Source: a virus
Length of the DNA: 64,000 bases
Reading direction: 5' to 3' (one strand)
IMG/VR virus record: IMGVR_UViG_3300037418_003060
Coordinates: 1 to 64,000 of that record
This document shows, in pieces, positions 56,014-64,000 of this stretch. The notes beneath the pieces were generated by a model. The model was not told where the DNA came from and did not search any database. It saw only the letters and a list, made by a program, of their open reading frames with translations. The number at the start of each line of letters is the position of its first letter. The first letter of the stretch is position 1. A program made the position numbers and the translations under genes.

Positions 56014-56225
56014 GCGAAACCCTTGACGAAGCGTGGATCCGCGCCGACGTGTTCTGCCAGAAGTACCAGCAGGACCCCGGCACCGTGCGCAAGCGCGTAC
56101 ACGATGGTGTGTGGGAGCGTGGCGTGTTGTATTCGTGCCCGGACGGCGACACCGCCTACGTGCACGAAGCGCGCGCAGTCGCGTGGCTGCGCGAGCGTAA
56201 CAAGCTGCCGGCGGAGCTGATGTGA
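56010..56225 (+). CDS. excisionase-like winged-helix protein
   Basis: W.....FC......TVRKR..DGVW..GV....PDG......A...W pattern. Confidence 0.55.
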   Translation: MSETLDEAWIRADVFCQKYQQDPGTVRKRVHDGVWERGVLYSCPDGDTAYVHEARAVAWLRERNKLPAELM

Positions 56226-56448
56226 TGGCTAAGACCGAACGACCTCACGTGATTGCCTGCTCCGTGTTAGGCGGCCGCAGCCCGAAGACTGGCCTGCGTG
56301 TCGGCTCGCGCCACCGCTGGTCTGGAGGCGAATGGGGCAAGGGCCGCTGCGACTTCTGCGGCCGCAGCCTGGACCAGGTCCTTGACAAGCCAAAACCTCA
56401 GCAGTAACCTGTAGCTGTTCCTTTCAGGAATCCCTAGTTTTGGACTTC

Positions 56449-56476
56449 GGCCCGGCCTCGCGCTGGGCTTCTTTTT
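56449..56476 (+). terminator. Rho-independent terminator at convergence of the two arms
   Basis: GGCCCGGC-CTCGC-GCTGGGCT stem plus TCTTTTT. Confidence 0.7.
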
Positions 56477-56478
56477 GC

Positions 56479-57438
56479 CTACACGGCCACGACCTGGCCG
56501 CGGAAGCACACCAGCCCCGCGTCCTCGTCGACCACCTCGAGCAGCTCTGGCGGCAGCAGCTTGCCGCGATGGAAGGTGAGCACGGCGAAGCCGCTCCGGT
56601 GGTTGGCCGGGTTGTCCTCGCCGTAGGTGAACTGCTCGCCGTCGGGCGCGGCCAAGGTGCCGGTGTCGACGGCATAGCGGGTGCCGTTGTAGTCGGTGAA
56701 GGGGCGCACCTGCAGCGCGTGCAGATGGCCAGTCACAATGTTCAGCCCGGACTTGAGCGCATTGTTGTAGGCGGCGTGTACGCCGTTGTGCCAGCGGTGC
56801 TTGATCATGACGTTGTCGTTGACCATCAGCGACATCGAGAATTTCCAGCCTGGGAAGTGGTCCTGCAGGTTGAAGCCGGCCACACCCTGGAACTCCGGCA
56901 CCATGGCGGACAGCTTGGTGTTGAATCGCTGGTCGTGGTTGCCCCAGTTCCAATGCTTGGCGCCGTCCTTGAGCGCCTCGACGATCTCGGACTTGCGCTC
57001 CTTGACAGCCGCAAGTTCCTGGGCCACCGTGGGCTTGGCTTCCCACATGATACGCCCGTGTCGGCCGGCGGCCGCGCCGTCGAAGCTGTCACCGTTGGAC
57101 ACGTACAGAGCCGGCTTGAGCTCGCGGATCGCGACCACCAGCGCACGATGTGCGGTCGAAACTGTGCCTGGCCAGTAGTGTTCGTCCGAAGACACAATGA
57201 CGACCCCGTTCTCGATGTCGGCATGGGTGCGCACCTGGTCGGCGCTGTAATGCATCCGCAGGGTCGGACTGCGCGGGTCATCACAGGGCAGCTCGATGCC
57301 GCGCCGCGCCTCGATCGCACGCCGGCGCCGGTGGATCATGCGCAGGTCGACCGACAGGATGCGCGACAGCGCGGCAGCGGACTTGTGCGTGTGCCACAGG
57401 GCGATGAATTCCTCTTCGGTGCAGGCGGCGTTGTACAT
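56479..57438 (-). CDS. calcineurin-like metallophosphoesterase with N-terminal HTH-like region
   Basis: SDEH, NGDSFD, GNHD, GHLH. Confidence 0.8.
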   Translation of the reverse strand: MYNAACTEEEFIALWHTHKSAAALSRILSVDLRMIHRRRRAIEARRGIELPCDDPRSPTLRMHYSADQVRTHADIENGVVIVSSDEHYWPGTVSTAHRALVVAIRELKPALYVSNGDSFDGAAAGRHGRIMWEAKPTVAQELAAVKERKSEIVEALKDGAKHWNWGNHDQRFNTKLSAMVPEFQGVAGFNLQDHFPGWKFSMSLMVNDNVMIKHRWHNGVHAAYNNALKSGLNIVTGHLHALQVRPFTDYNGTRYAVDTGTLAAPDGEQFTYGEDNPANHRSGFAVLTFHRGKLLPPELLEVVDEDAGLVCFRGQVVAV

Positions 57439-57650
57439 CAGTTCGTCCTTCGCAGGTAGATCCTGCAGGAGGGGTCCGTGGCGCTGACGTCCGGCCGGAT
57501 CGAGTACGGCTCGTCAGCGATCACGATGACAGCCGGCGGCGCGGCAAAGCAGCGACCCTTGCCGCCTTCCTTGTGCTCGAGGTAGTAGTGGCAGTTGCCG
57601 CAAAACGGCAAGCAGTCCGGTGGGAGTGTTGTCGTTTTGCGGGTTGCCAT
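57438..57650 (-). CDS. small Cys-rich protein
   Basis: CGNC..Y...G.C...PP...P.V...D.C; GGAG SD. Confidence 0.6.
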   Translation of the reverse strand: MATRKTTTLPPDCLPFCGNCHYYLEHKEGGKGRCFAAPPAVIVIADEPYSIRPDVSATDPSCRIYLRRTN

Positions 57651-57766
57651 GGGAGGCTCCTAGCTGGCGGTCAGCCGGCCGTGCTGCATGCGCCAGGCGG
57701 CGCCGATGATGGCGCAGGCAAGGCTGACGGCGGCTGCGGATTTTTTCAGTCTCATGGTTCCTCCGG

Positions 57767-58012
57767 TCAGTCCGGCGCTTCGGTGAAGGTGACGTAGTAC
57801 TTCTTGCCGGGCTTGAAGAAGTCAGCTGCCGGGTAGCCCGGTGCGATGTTCATCCAGCACTCGCCTGACGGTGTGGCGTCGCAGAAGTCCTTGTTCTCGC
57901 CCGTGTGGCTGTACACCGCGCCCAGATTCACCTTGTGCATCTGGTAGCTGCCTGCACCGGTGAGGGTTTGGGTGGTGTGGCACGCCATCTTCGCTACGAC
58001 TTGCTCAATCAT
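57767..58012 (-). CDS. hypothetical protein
   Basis: ENKDF..ATPSG...I...F.PGK.YYV.F; AAGGAG SD. Confidence 0.65.
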   Translation of the reverse strand: MIEQVVAKMACHTTQTLTGAGSYQMHKVNLGAVYSHTGENKDFCDATPSGECWMNIAPGYPAADFFKPGKKYYVTFTEAPD

Positions 58013-58619
58013 GCTTCTCTCCTTGTAGTGCCTCGATTGAGGCGTTCAGGGAGCTGTTGTCTTGCGGGTCTTTCGGCTCCGGGTGGTACCAATCTCCGGC
58101 CTTGCCGTTGATGGCTATTTGCTGGTCGGCGTAGAACTCGCGCCAGCCGAGGGCTTGCTCGCGCCAGATGCGGCATCTGGTGGCGTTGTCGGATTCGTTC
58201 GCGGCGACGACGCTGGGCGGAACGGAGCTTGGTTCTTTGTCAGAATCAGTGGCGGGTCCAACAGGGGCGCCTGTCCACGCGGCGTCGAGGATGCGCACGA
58301 AGCCAGCAGGCAGAGGCAGGCGACGGTCAAGGTCAGGCGGCAGCACTTCAGGGATTTGGCTGGCATTCTGCTCTCCTTGGTCATGGATTTTCTGGATGCG
58401 GTCGCGGTACTTGGTTTCGGTCTTGGTGACCGTCTGCACCTCATGCTTTACGATGGTCACGGTCTGTGCGGCCTGCTTGCCGATGTAGTCGGCCAGTTCG
58501 TGCTGACCGTGCTCCAGGCCCCTGATGTAGGTGAACGTGCCGAAAGCGGCCGTCAGCAAGCCGATGGCGAGCCACCGGCCCAGAGGCGGGATGGCGGCGT
58601 TGGTCAGCGCGGCCCACAT
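58005..58619 (-). CDS. Rz: i-spanin (Rz-like)
   Basis: N-terminal TM (LAIGLLTAAFGTFTY) then periplasmic domain; downstream of endolysin; hosts a nested lipoprotein. Confidence 0.7.
   Translation of the reverse strand: MWAALTNAAIPPLGRWLAIGLLTAAFGTFTYIRGLEHGQHELADYIGKQAAQTVTIVKHEVQTVTKTETKYRDRIQKIHDQGEQNASQIPEVLPPDLDRRLPLPAGFVRILDAAWTGAPVGPATDSDKEPSSVPPSVVAANESDNATRCRIWREQALGWREFYADQQIAINGKAGDWYHPEPKDPQDNSSLNASIEALQGEKHD
58115..58366 (-). CDS. Rz1: o-spanin lipoprotein (Rz1-like), embedded in Rz
   Basis: AAGGAG SD, signal peptide with lipobox LASC, Pro-rich mature part, alternate frame inside Rz. Confidence 0.75.
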   Translation of the reverse strand: MPAKSLKCCRLTLTVACLCLLASCASSTPRGQAPLLDPPLILTKNQAPFRPASSPRTNPTTPPDAASGASKPSAGASSTPTSK

Positions 58620-58621
58620 GG

Positions 58622-58912
58622 TCAGTCCAATTTCGAATACTTCAGCGACCAGTTCCACGCCACGATGCCGGCGTAGACCGCGCACAGCAGAAACAGCAGG
58701 TCCAGGTGCTCGAGCAGGAAGCACCAGGCCAGGACCACGAAGACGATCTTGGGCAGAACCAGGCCCGCTTTCAGGCCGAGGTGGGCGATCAACCACCCGA
58801 TGACCCGGTTGCGCTCACGCCCGAGGCCGGACGTGATCAGGCGGTACGTGGTCATGACGTCAAGTGCCTGCAGCAGGACGAGAACGGCGAAGGCGGCGTA
58901 ATTGAGCAGCAT
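58622..58912 (-). CDS. membrane protein (DUF5658-like), possible holin/antiholin
   Basis: Three hydrophobic segments; D..TT...G.E.N motif. Confidence 0.55.
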   Translation of the reverse strand: MLLNYAAFAVLVLLQALDVMTTYRLITSGLGRERNRVIGWLIAHLGLKAGLVLPKIVFVVLAWCFLLEHLDLLFLLCAVYAGIVAWNWSLKYSKLD

Positions 58913-58923
58913 GGCGGATCCTT

Positions 58924-59571
58924 TCAGGCGAAGACTTTCATGGCAGCATTGGTCAGGGCCACACGCTCTTCCAGACCCAGCATGGCAGGGCCGTTGACCA
59001 CCTCGGTGATGGCAGAGATCTTGCCGGCGTTGGCCAGCGTGTTCAGGCTCTTGCCGGTCTTGTTCCCTTCGGCCCAGAACCAGGCGGCGGCAAGGAAGCC
59101 GTATTCCGGCTGCGCGACGAGATCAGGGTTCTTCAGTAGATCCACGCCGAGCGCGGCGCCGCAACGGCGGTAATTGTCGCGCCCAGTCAGCTGGATCGGG
59201 CCGCGGCCGCGGTAGCGCCAGCCGTCGCCCGAGTGAACGTCGCCGTTGCCGTTCTTGCCAGCGTAGGCGATGTTGGCGATGCCTTCGCAATCGGCATTCT
59301 GCTTGCCGGGCACGAATCCCAGGCGGGCGGCCTGCTCAGGCGTGAAGCGGCCGCGGAAAGTGGCCATCAGCGCCTGCGGGCGGTAGTTCAGGTTTTCCTG
59401 CATCACGCGCAGCCCTTGCGACTCGTGCAGCAGCTGGCCAAGGAAGCAGGCCTGCTCGGCCGGCGCGGTGATGGGGAAGCGCTGCATCGCGGCGGTGATC
59501 AGCGGCGCGTAGCGCGCTGCCAGATCGGCCGGGATGCTGGGCGAGATGTCACGGAGCTGGCTGGCCTGCAT
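58924..59571 (-). CDS. glycoside hydrolase family 19 endolysin
   Basis: [34 protein letters not shown]. Confidence 0.92.
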   Translation of the reverse strand: MQASQLRDISPSIPADLAARYAPLITAAMQRFPITAPAEQACFLGQLLHESQGLRVMQENLNYRPQALMATFRGRFTPEQAARLGFVPGKQNADCEGIANIAYAGKNGNGDVHSGDGWRYRGRGPIQLTGRDNYRRCGAALGVDLLKNPDLVAQPEYGFLAAAWFWAEGNKTGKSLNTLANAGKISAITEVVNGPAMLGLEERVALTNAAMKVFA

Positions 59572-59833
59572 CGCTGCTCTCCTTTTCTGCCGCCTGGGCG
59601 GCCTTTTTCACGGCGCGGTGCGCGGCGAGGAATCCGAACGCCAGGCTGGCCGCGACGATGGCGCCGCCGAAAGCCTTGTAGATGTTGTCCGGCAGGTACG
59701 GCTGCAGCTCGTCCAGGTGCCTTTTCACGTAATCGACAATGTCGTCCGCGAAGGGGTACAGGGCAAGTAGCGAGGCCTCGATCCAGCGCCGGAGTTTGCG
59801 GGCTTCAGCCTGCAGTGTCGCTTTTAGGTACAT
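59549..59833 (-). CDS. holin-like membrane protein
   Basis: TM segment [15 protein letters not shown]; immediately upstream of endolysin. Confidence 0.5.
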   Translation of the reverse strand: MYLKATLQAEARKLRRWIEASLLALYPFADDIVDYVKRHLDELQPYLPDNIYKAFGGAIVAASLAFGFLAAHRAVKKAAQAAEKESSDAGQPAP

Positions 59834-60029
59834 TGCTTTTATCCCTTTCGGCCGCCTTCAGGCGATCCATTTTGGCCATCCTGTGCCACTGCCAGACGAT
59901 GAATGCGATCGACACCGCGGCTGCGATCGAAGGCAGCTTTTCGAACACCCAGGCGACCACGACACCGACCGGGGCCACGATGGACACTACGGAGAGAGCG
60001 GCATCTGCCACGTGGCTGTGCGTAGTCAT
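59805..60029 (-). CDS. holin-like membrane protein
   Basis: Two hydrophobic segments, charged C-terminus; AAGGA SD before ATG 60029. Confidence 0.55.
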   Translation of the reverse strand: MTTHSHVADAALSVVSIVAPVGVVVAWVFEKLPSIAAAVSIAFIVWQWHRMAKMDRLKAAERDKSNVPKSDTAG

Positions 60030-60067
60030 GGGCTTCCTTGTGTCCGTAGAGAAATTTAACATGGGCA

Positions 60068-60096
60068 ATTCTAGCTATTGATTGAAAGCAAGTCCA
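60068..60096 (-). promoter_or_regulatory. putative sigma70 promoter for the lysis cassette
   Basis: TGGACT-17 bp-TAGAAT on the - strand in an AT-rich gap. Confidence 0.5.
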
Positions 60097-60123
60097 CAGA
60101 AATATTTGACTTGTCGCAACAGG

Positions 60124-61488
60124 TCATACCAGCTTTACGCGCACATTGGCGCGGTCGTCTTCCAGGATGTTTTGCACGATGCCGACGGCGCGCCGGTACT
60201 GTGCGAACGTGATGTCGGCGTCGTTCACGAGGACGGCGCCGATGCCGTCGCCGTCCTGCACCGGCACCACGTACTGGCCCGGCACCGCGCCGGTGATGTT
60301 GACCGGCACCTGGCCGCAGTAGGCGATGCGGTCGACCTTCTGGCGCGCCGCTTCGAGCGCCGCGTTGAAGGTGGCAAGGTCCTCCTGGTAGGCGGCCAGC
60401 GCGGCGTCGTAGGCCGCCTGGGCATCCTCGCAGGCAGTCGCGTAAGCCACCAGGTCGGCCTCGTACTGCGCGAGCGCGGCGTCACGCTCGGTCGTGCTCG
60501 CCTCGCCCTCGGCCAGGTCCGCCGGCTTTTCGCTGCCGGTGTAGGCTGGCACCTGCAGGTGCGGCTCGACCGGGCGGGTGATGCCGAGCACCTGCTCGCT
60601 GCCCCACACGTCGCCGCCGACATACGACGGACTGGTCGACTTGACGAGAAACGACACGCTGGCGGCCCACTTGTCGGTGAGCCTGCCATTGGCGTCGACG
60701 CCGACGATCTGGCCCTTGGCCAGGGTGGCACAGCCTTCTGCCTTGGTCATGTACTCGGCATAGTCGGCGCCGGAGGCATTGACCGTACCGGCCGCGTTGA
60801 TCGAGCGGGAAGTGGTGCCGTCCTTGCCCGTCTTGAAGGCGGTATTTGCCGAGTTTGCCCCTGTGCCGGACACGGCGTAGAACAAGGTGCTGACGCCAGT
60901 GGCTCCCGACACATCGAGCACGGCGTTGCCGCCGTCGTTGACGGCGGCCTTCGAGAGCCTGTGATAGGTGGCTGAAGATGTGGTGCCTACCAGCAGATAG
61001 CCGTTGGAGTCGAACCTGCCGAACTCTGCAGCTACAGCGCCGGTGGAACCGGTGTTGGTGCGGCCGAAAATGAGCGCGCCGACACCATCCGAACCGATGC
61101 CAAGGCCCTGACCAGCTCCGGCGTGGTTGAAGATGTAGCGCAGCTGCGCAGTGCTGGAGTACCCCTGCAACCACACCGTGTCGTTCAGGGTAGCCCCGGT
61201 ACTGCCGACTTCCCCGACCGACAGGCGAGCAGAGGCGCCGCTAGCTGCGGTGTTGATGCCGACATTGCCATTGACCTGCGCCCGCTCCACGCCGCCATTG
61301 GCAAGCACCACCTTGCCAGATACGCTGTTGATGGTGACCCCTGAAGCTGACACCATCAAGGTGGCGATCGTCGTGCCGGCCGCATTTTTCAGCAAAATGC
61401 CGTCAGTCCCGTCGGCGGCGTTCTGCTGCGTGAACGATCCTAGAAAGGGGGTGGAGACCTGGTCCGACGTGAGCTGGGTCTTAGCCAT
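60124..61488 (-). CDS. tail fibre/spike protein with C-terminal chaperone-like (peptidase G2/IMC-type) domain
   Basis: Gly/Ser/Thr-rich beta repeats (GNVGINT, GYLLVGT); GADYAEY...GQIVG...RIAYCGQVPV. Confidence 0.7.
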   Translation of the reverse strand: MAKTQLTSDQVSTPFLGSFTQQNAADGTDGILLKNAAGTTIATLMVSASGVTINSVSGKVVLANGGVERAQVNGNVGINTAASGASARLSVGEVGSTGATLNDTVWLQGYSSTAQLRYIFNHAGAGQGLGIGSDGVGALIFGRTNTGSTGAVAAEFGRFDSNGYLLVGTTSSATYHRLSKAAVNDGGNAVLDVSGATGVSTLFYAVSGTGANSANTAFKTGKDGTTSRSINAAGTVNASGADYAEYMTKAEGCATLAKGQIVGVDANGRLTDKWAASVSFLVKSTSPSYVGGDVWGSEQVLGITRPVEPHLQVPAYTGSEKPADLAEGEASTTERDAALAQYEADLVAYATACEDAQAAYDAALAAYQEDLATFNAALEAARQKVDRIAYCGQVPVNITGAVPGQYVVPVQDGDGIGAVLVNDADITFAQYRRAVGIVQNILEDDRANVRVKLV

Positions 61489-64000
61489 AACGTACTCCCA
61501 TGATGCAGATGTTGGCGTTGTTCTTCGGCGCGCTGTTGAACGTCACCGACCACTGGTAGCCGTCAAAGCTGGTGGTGTAGTCGTAGCTGCTGCCCTCGCG
61601 CTGGAACAGGCCGTTCTGTACGGTGCGCGGCATGTACCCCTTCGGCAGGGAGAAGGTCGGGTTGGTCCCGTCGCCGGTGAACCAGAACGGGTAAGGCACA
61701 GATCCCTGCGCACGCTTGAAATCGTCTTTGCGGCGCAGCTCGTCGCGCAGCGTGATCGCGGGCTGCACGAAGCGCGCCCCGGTGGAGCCGAACGTGATGT
61801 GCGTGCCGCCGCCGGCCACCACGCCCTGCCCGGTGCCGACCTGCGACGCAGCGCTCTCGACGCGCACGAGGTTGTGGTGCGTCGTGCGGCCCCAGCTGGT
61901 CTCAGCATGCCGAAGGTCGGTGCTTTCGTCATACCACTGGCCGACGATGGCGTTGCTGGTGCCGTCCAGCGTGATCTGCGCGCCCGGCTGGAACATCAGC
62001 ACGTGGTCGCGGTAAATCGTGCCGAGTTGGTCGTTGCTCGGCGCTGTCGCCCCTGGCTTCGCCAGTGTCATCGCGGCATTTGCAGCACCATTCGCGCCGC
62101 TGACGTCCAGGTAGAAGCGCAGCACGGCGTTGGCATTGTTCAGCGAGCCAACGGCCGCGCGCGAGACCGGGGTCGCAAGGTCAACGCCATTTTGTCGGAT
62201 GACGAGGCTTCCGCTGACCGAGCCAACAAACAGGCCAATCTTCCACGTGCCGTCATTGATCGCATTCGTGGTCGTGATGCTTGCGCTGTTGGTGCCATCG
62301 TTGACGGTGAACTTCAGCTTGCCGGTGGCGTCCACCACGCACGAGAAACGCGCGCCAGAATAGGCGCCGCCCGTATAGTAGCCGCGCTCGAACAGGGTCT
62401 CGACCGCCGTGTTCGTGCCTTGTTTTAGTTCCAGCATGATGCCGAAGTCGCCAGTGCCGTAGTCCTGGTCGGCACTGTACGGCTGTTCGATATACGAACC
62501 GGCGGCGGCGATGGAAAATGCTACAAGCTGCGCGCCGGTGGCGACGGCTGTCTTGTTGAAGCTGCCGTTGACTACCATGCCCTTGTTCTTGACGCTGCGG
62601 TCCGGCGTAGCAAGCTGCACGCTGATGTTGTCGAACGCTGCGACCGAACCGGTGACGTCCGGCCCGGTCGTGGTCAGGCCCGCCACTACCCAGTAGTTCG
62701 TCTGGGTCGCGGTGAACGTAAGCGGCGCGGACACCGGCGTTGTGCTGGCGGTGTTGACGTTTGCACTTGCAGACTGCCCGCTTGAGGTAGACGCGATACC
62801 GAGAATTGCGGTACCTGGCCCACTCACCATGCGCCCAGTCCCGGTCAGCACGTAAGTGCGGCCGACCGTCAGCGCGGGCAGTGCGTAGACGTCACGACCG
62901 AAGTTCTGCGTGGCGGTGACCTGCATCTCGCCGCTAACAACAGCAGCAGTCGCCGTAGTCGACCCGGACACCCAGCCGGTGGTCGTGCCACTGGAGAAAT
63001 CTCCGTTGGCAACAAGGTTGCCGCTGGCGGCGATGGTCTCCGCCACGGTATCGGCAAGGAAGCAGCCGCGAATATCGCCAACCATCCAGCCGGTGTTGTA
63101 GCCGGTGAAAAGGCCAGCGACCATCGTCTTGAGCGGGTTCGCCGGGTTTTCCTTCACCACCAGCAGGCCGTTACCGTTGCCCATCGCACCGTCCGCAGAA
63201 AACCGTGGCGTGCCGAGTGCCGCCAGGGTCGAGGGGATGCCCCCGTTGGTGTAGGTGGAGTTGGCGAAAGCGGCAGTGCCGTAGGCGCCCGCACGGACGT
63301 AGAAGTAGCGGGCATCTGCCGCCCGACCCCAAATCAGGTCACCACGCTGGTTGAACGCAATCTGATCGACGGACGAGGTGAACGAGCTGTTCACCACCGT
63401 CCAATCATTCTTGACGACGCTGACGCCACCCGTCGTCGCCAGTGCGATTGTCGGCACAGGCAGGCCTGTTGCCGGATCGACCGGCGCGTCGGGCAGGACG
63501 GTGGCAGCGACGGCGTTACACAGCAAGGCGACGGGGGCATTACTGGAAACCTTGACGAACGTTTCTTCGGTATTGCGCAGCGCAAGGTTTGACGGTTTCT
63601 GAAAGGTGCCGGTATTGGTCGTGCCCTTGTACATCCTGGTGGCCGTGTCCTTGATAAAATCCAGCGTCCACAAGCCGGCAAACCACGAACCCGTGTCCGA
63701 TGCACTGATCAGCACCTGCCCGTTGATATAGGTGACGCCTGTGATATTGCCGCCCGGAATAGCCTTGCTGCTCAGCTCGGAACTGCTGTGGCTGGTGAAC
63801 ACCATCCACATCGGGCATCCCGGCTTGGTGGCGTCGTAGACGACGACGCGCGATGCCTCGGCCGCGACCAGCCCCAGCGCCGGGCGCTCGCGGTTGTTGC
63901 CGCGGAATACCTCAGTCTGCCCATAGGTGGCGTTCAGGCTGTAGAACTTGCCGTCCGTCGTGTTCTGATAGAAGCTGCCGACCAGCGAGCTGTACGGGAC
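61481..64000 (-). CDS. tail protein with carbohydrate-binding/LamG-like domains (5' end outside the window)
   Basis: Frame is open from 64000 (VPYSS...RGNNRERP...YDATKPGCPMWMVF); NLVANGDFS...FDNISV CBM-like and DGTWK LamG-like segments. Confidence 0.7.
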   Translation of the reverse strand, partial: VPYSSLVGSFYQNTTDGKFYSLNATYGQTEVFRGNNRERPALGLVAAEASRVVVYDATKPGCPMWMVFTSHSSSELSSKAIPGGNITGVTYINGQVLISASDTGSWFAGLWTLDFIKDTATRMYKGTTNTGTFQKPSNLALRNTEETFVKVSSNAPVALLCNAVAATVLPDAPVDPATGLPVPTIALATTGGVSVVKNDWTVVNSSFTSSVDQIAFNQRGDLIWGRAADARYFYVRAGAYGTAAFANSTYTNGGIPSTLAALGTPRFSADGAMGNGNGLLVVKENPANPLKTMVAGLFTGYNTGWMVGDIRGCFLADTVAETIAASGNLVANGDFSSGTTTGWVSGSTTATAAVVSGEMQVTATQNFGRDVYALPALTVGRTYVLTGTGRMVSGPGTAILGIASTSSGQSASANVNTASTTPVSAPLTFTATQTNYWVVAGLTTTGPDVTGSVAAFDNISVQLATPDRSVKNKGMVVNGSFNKTAVATGAQLVAFSIAAAGSYIEQPYSADQDYGTGDFGIMLELKQGTNTAVETLFERGYYTGGAYSGARFSCVVDATGKLKFTVNDGTNSASITTTNAINDGTWKIGLFVGSVSGSLVIRQNGVDLATPVSRAAVGSLNNANAVLRFYLDVSGANGAANAAMTLAKPGATAPSNDQLGTIYRDHVLMFQPGAQITLDGTSNAIVGQWYDESTDLRHAETSWGRTTHHNLVRVESAASQVGTGQGVVAGGGTHITFGSTGARFVQPAITLRDELRRKDDFKRAQGSVPYPFWFTGDGTNPTFSLPKGYMPRTVQNGLFQREGSSYDYTTSFDGYQWSVTFNSAPKNNANICIMGVRYG

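Larger units (their letters stand above)
1..64000. mobile_element. dsDNA tailed bacteriophage genome segment (early, replication, lysis and tail modules)
   Basis: Dense short co-oriented ORFs, phage-type replication set (PolA, primase, ligase, ThyA, SbcCD), GH19 endolysin/spanins, tail fibre genes; no host housekeeping genes. Confidence 0.97.

Noticed and set aside
60029-60068. Lambda-type dual-start holin (MPM)
   Set aside because: The first start is TTG overlapping the predicted -10 with no SD; ATG 60029 has a good SD
1-64000. tRNA genes and Z-base (PurZ/DatZ) or 7-deazaguanine pathway genes
   Set aside because: No cloverleaf/T-loop signature or corresponding protein motifs recognised by eye; tRNAscan-SE and HMM searches would be needed to exclude them formally

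Overview
The whole window is a GC-rich dsDNA tailed-phage (Caudoviricetes) genome segment. The host is probably a proteobacterium; the taxon cannot be assigned from sequence alone. Layout: (i) 190-1677, three small + strand genes converging on a degenerate HNH-like gene. (ii) ~1680-2170, an AT-rich, T-tract-rich non-coding control region. (iii) 2173-33187, a ~31 kb one-directional run of tightly coupled small early/accessory genes. Recognisable members are ArdA-like, MazG-like, DUF3268 Zn-finger, a linker-delimited mosaic protein with a Lar-like domain, a Gp88/radical-SAM-like Cys-rich protein, a Zn deaminase, a C5 cytosine methyltransferase and a cupin. (iv) 33292-56407, a replication/recombination/nucleotide module: RdgC, SNF2-like helicase, primase-NTPase fusion, putative SSB, DEDDh exonuclease, second MazG-like, dNMP kinase, family A polymerase with 5'-3' exonuclease, ATP-dependent ligase, ThyA, RecU-like resolvase, SbcD/SbcC and a Xis-like gene. 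(v) 56479-64000, the convergent - strand late arm: phosphoesterase, Rz with embedded Rz1, GH19 endolysin, holin-like genes and tail fibre/tail proteins, truncated by the window edge. No tRNA, CRISPR array, integrase, reverse transcriptase or capsid/terminase genes were recognised. The most unusual item is the 833-aa gene at 24387-26888, built of short unrelated modules separated by paired DNA linker repeats, which suggests an intragenic module-shuffling system. Next are the atypical PolA motif B and two internally duplicated MazG-like genes. All family assignments come from manual motif recognition, not database searches.
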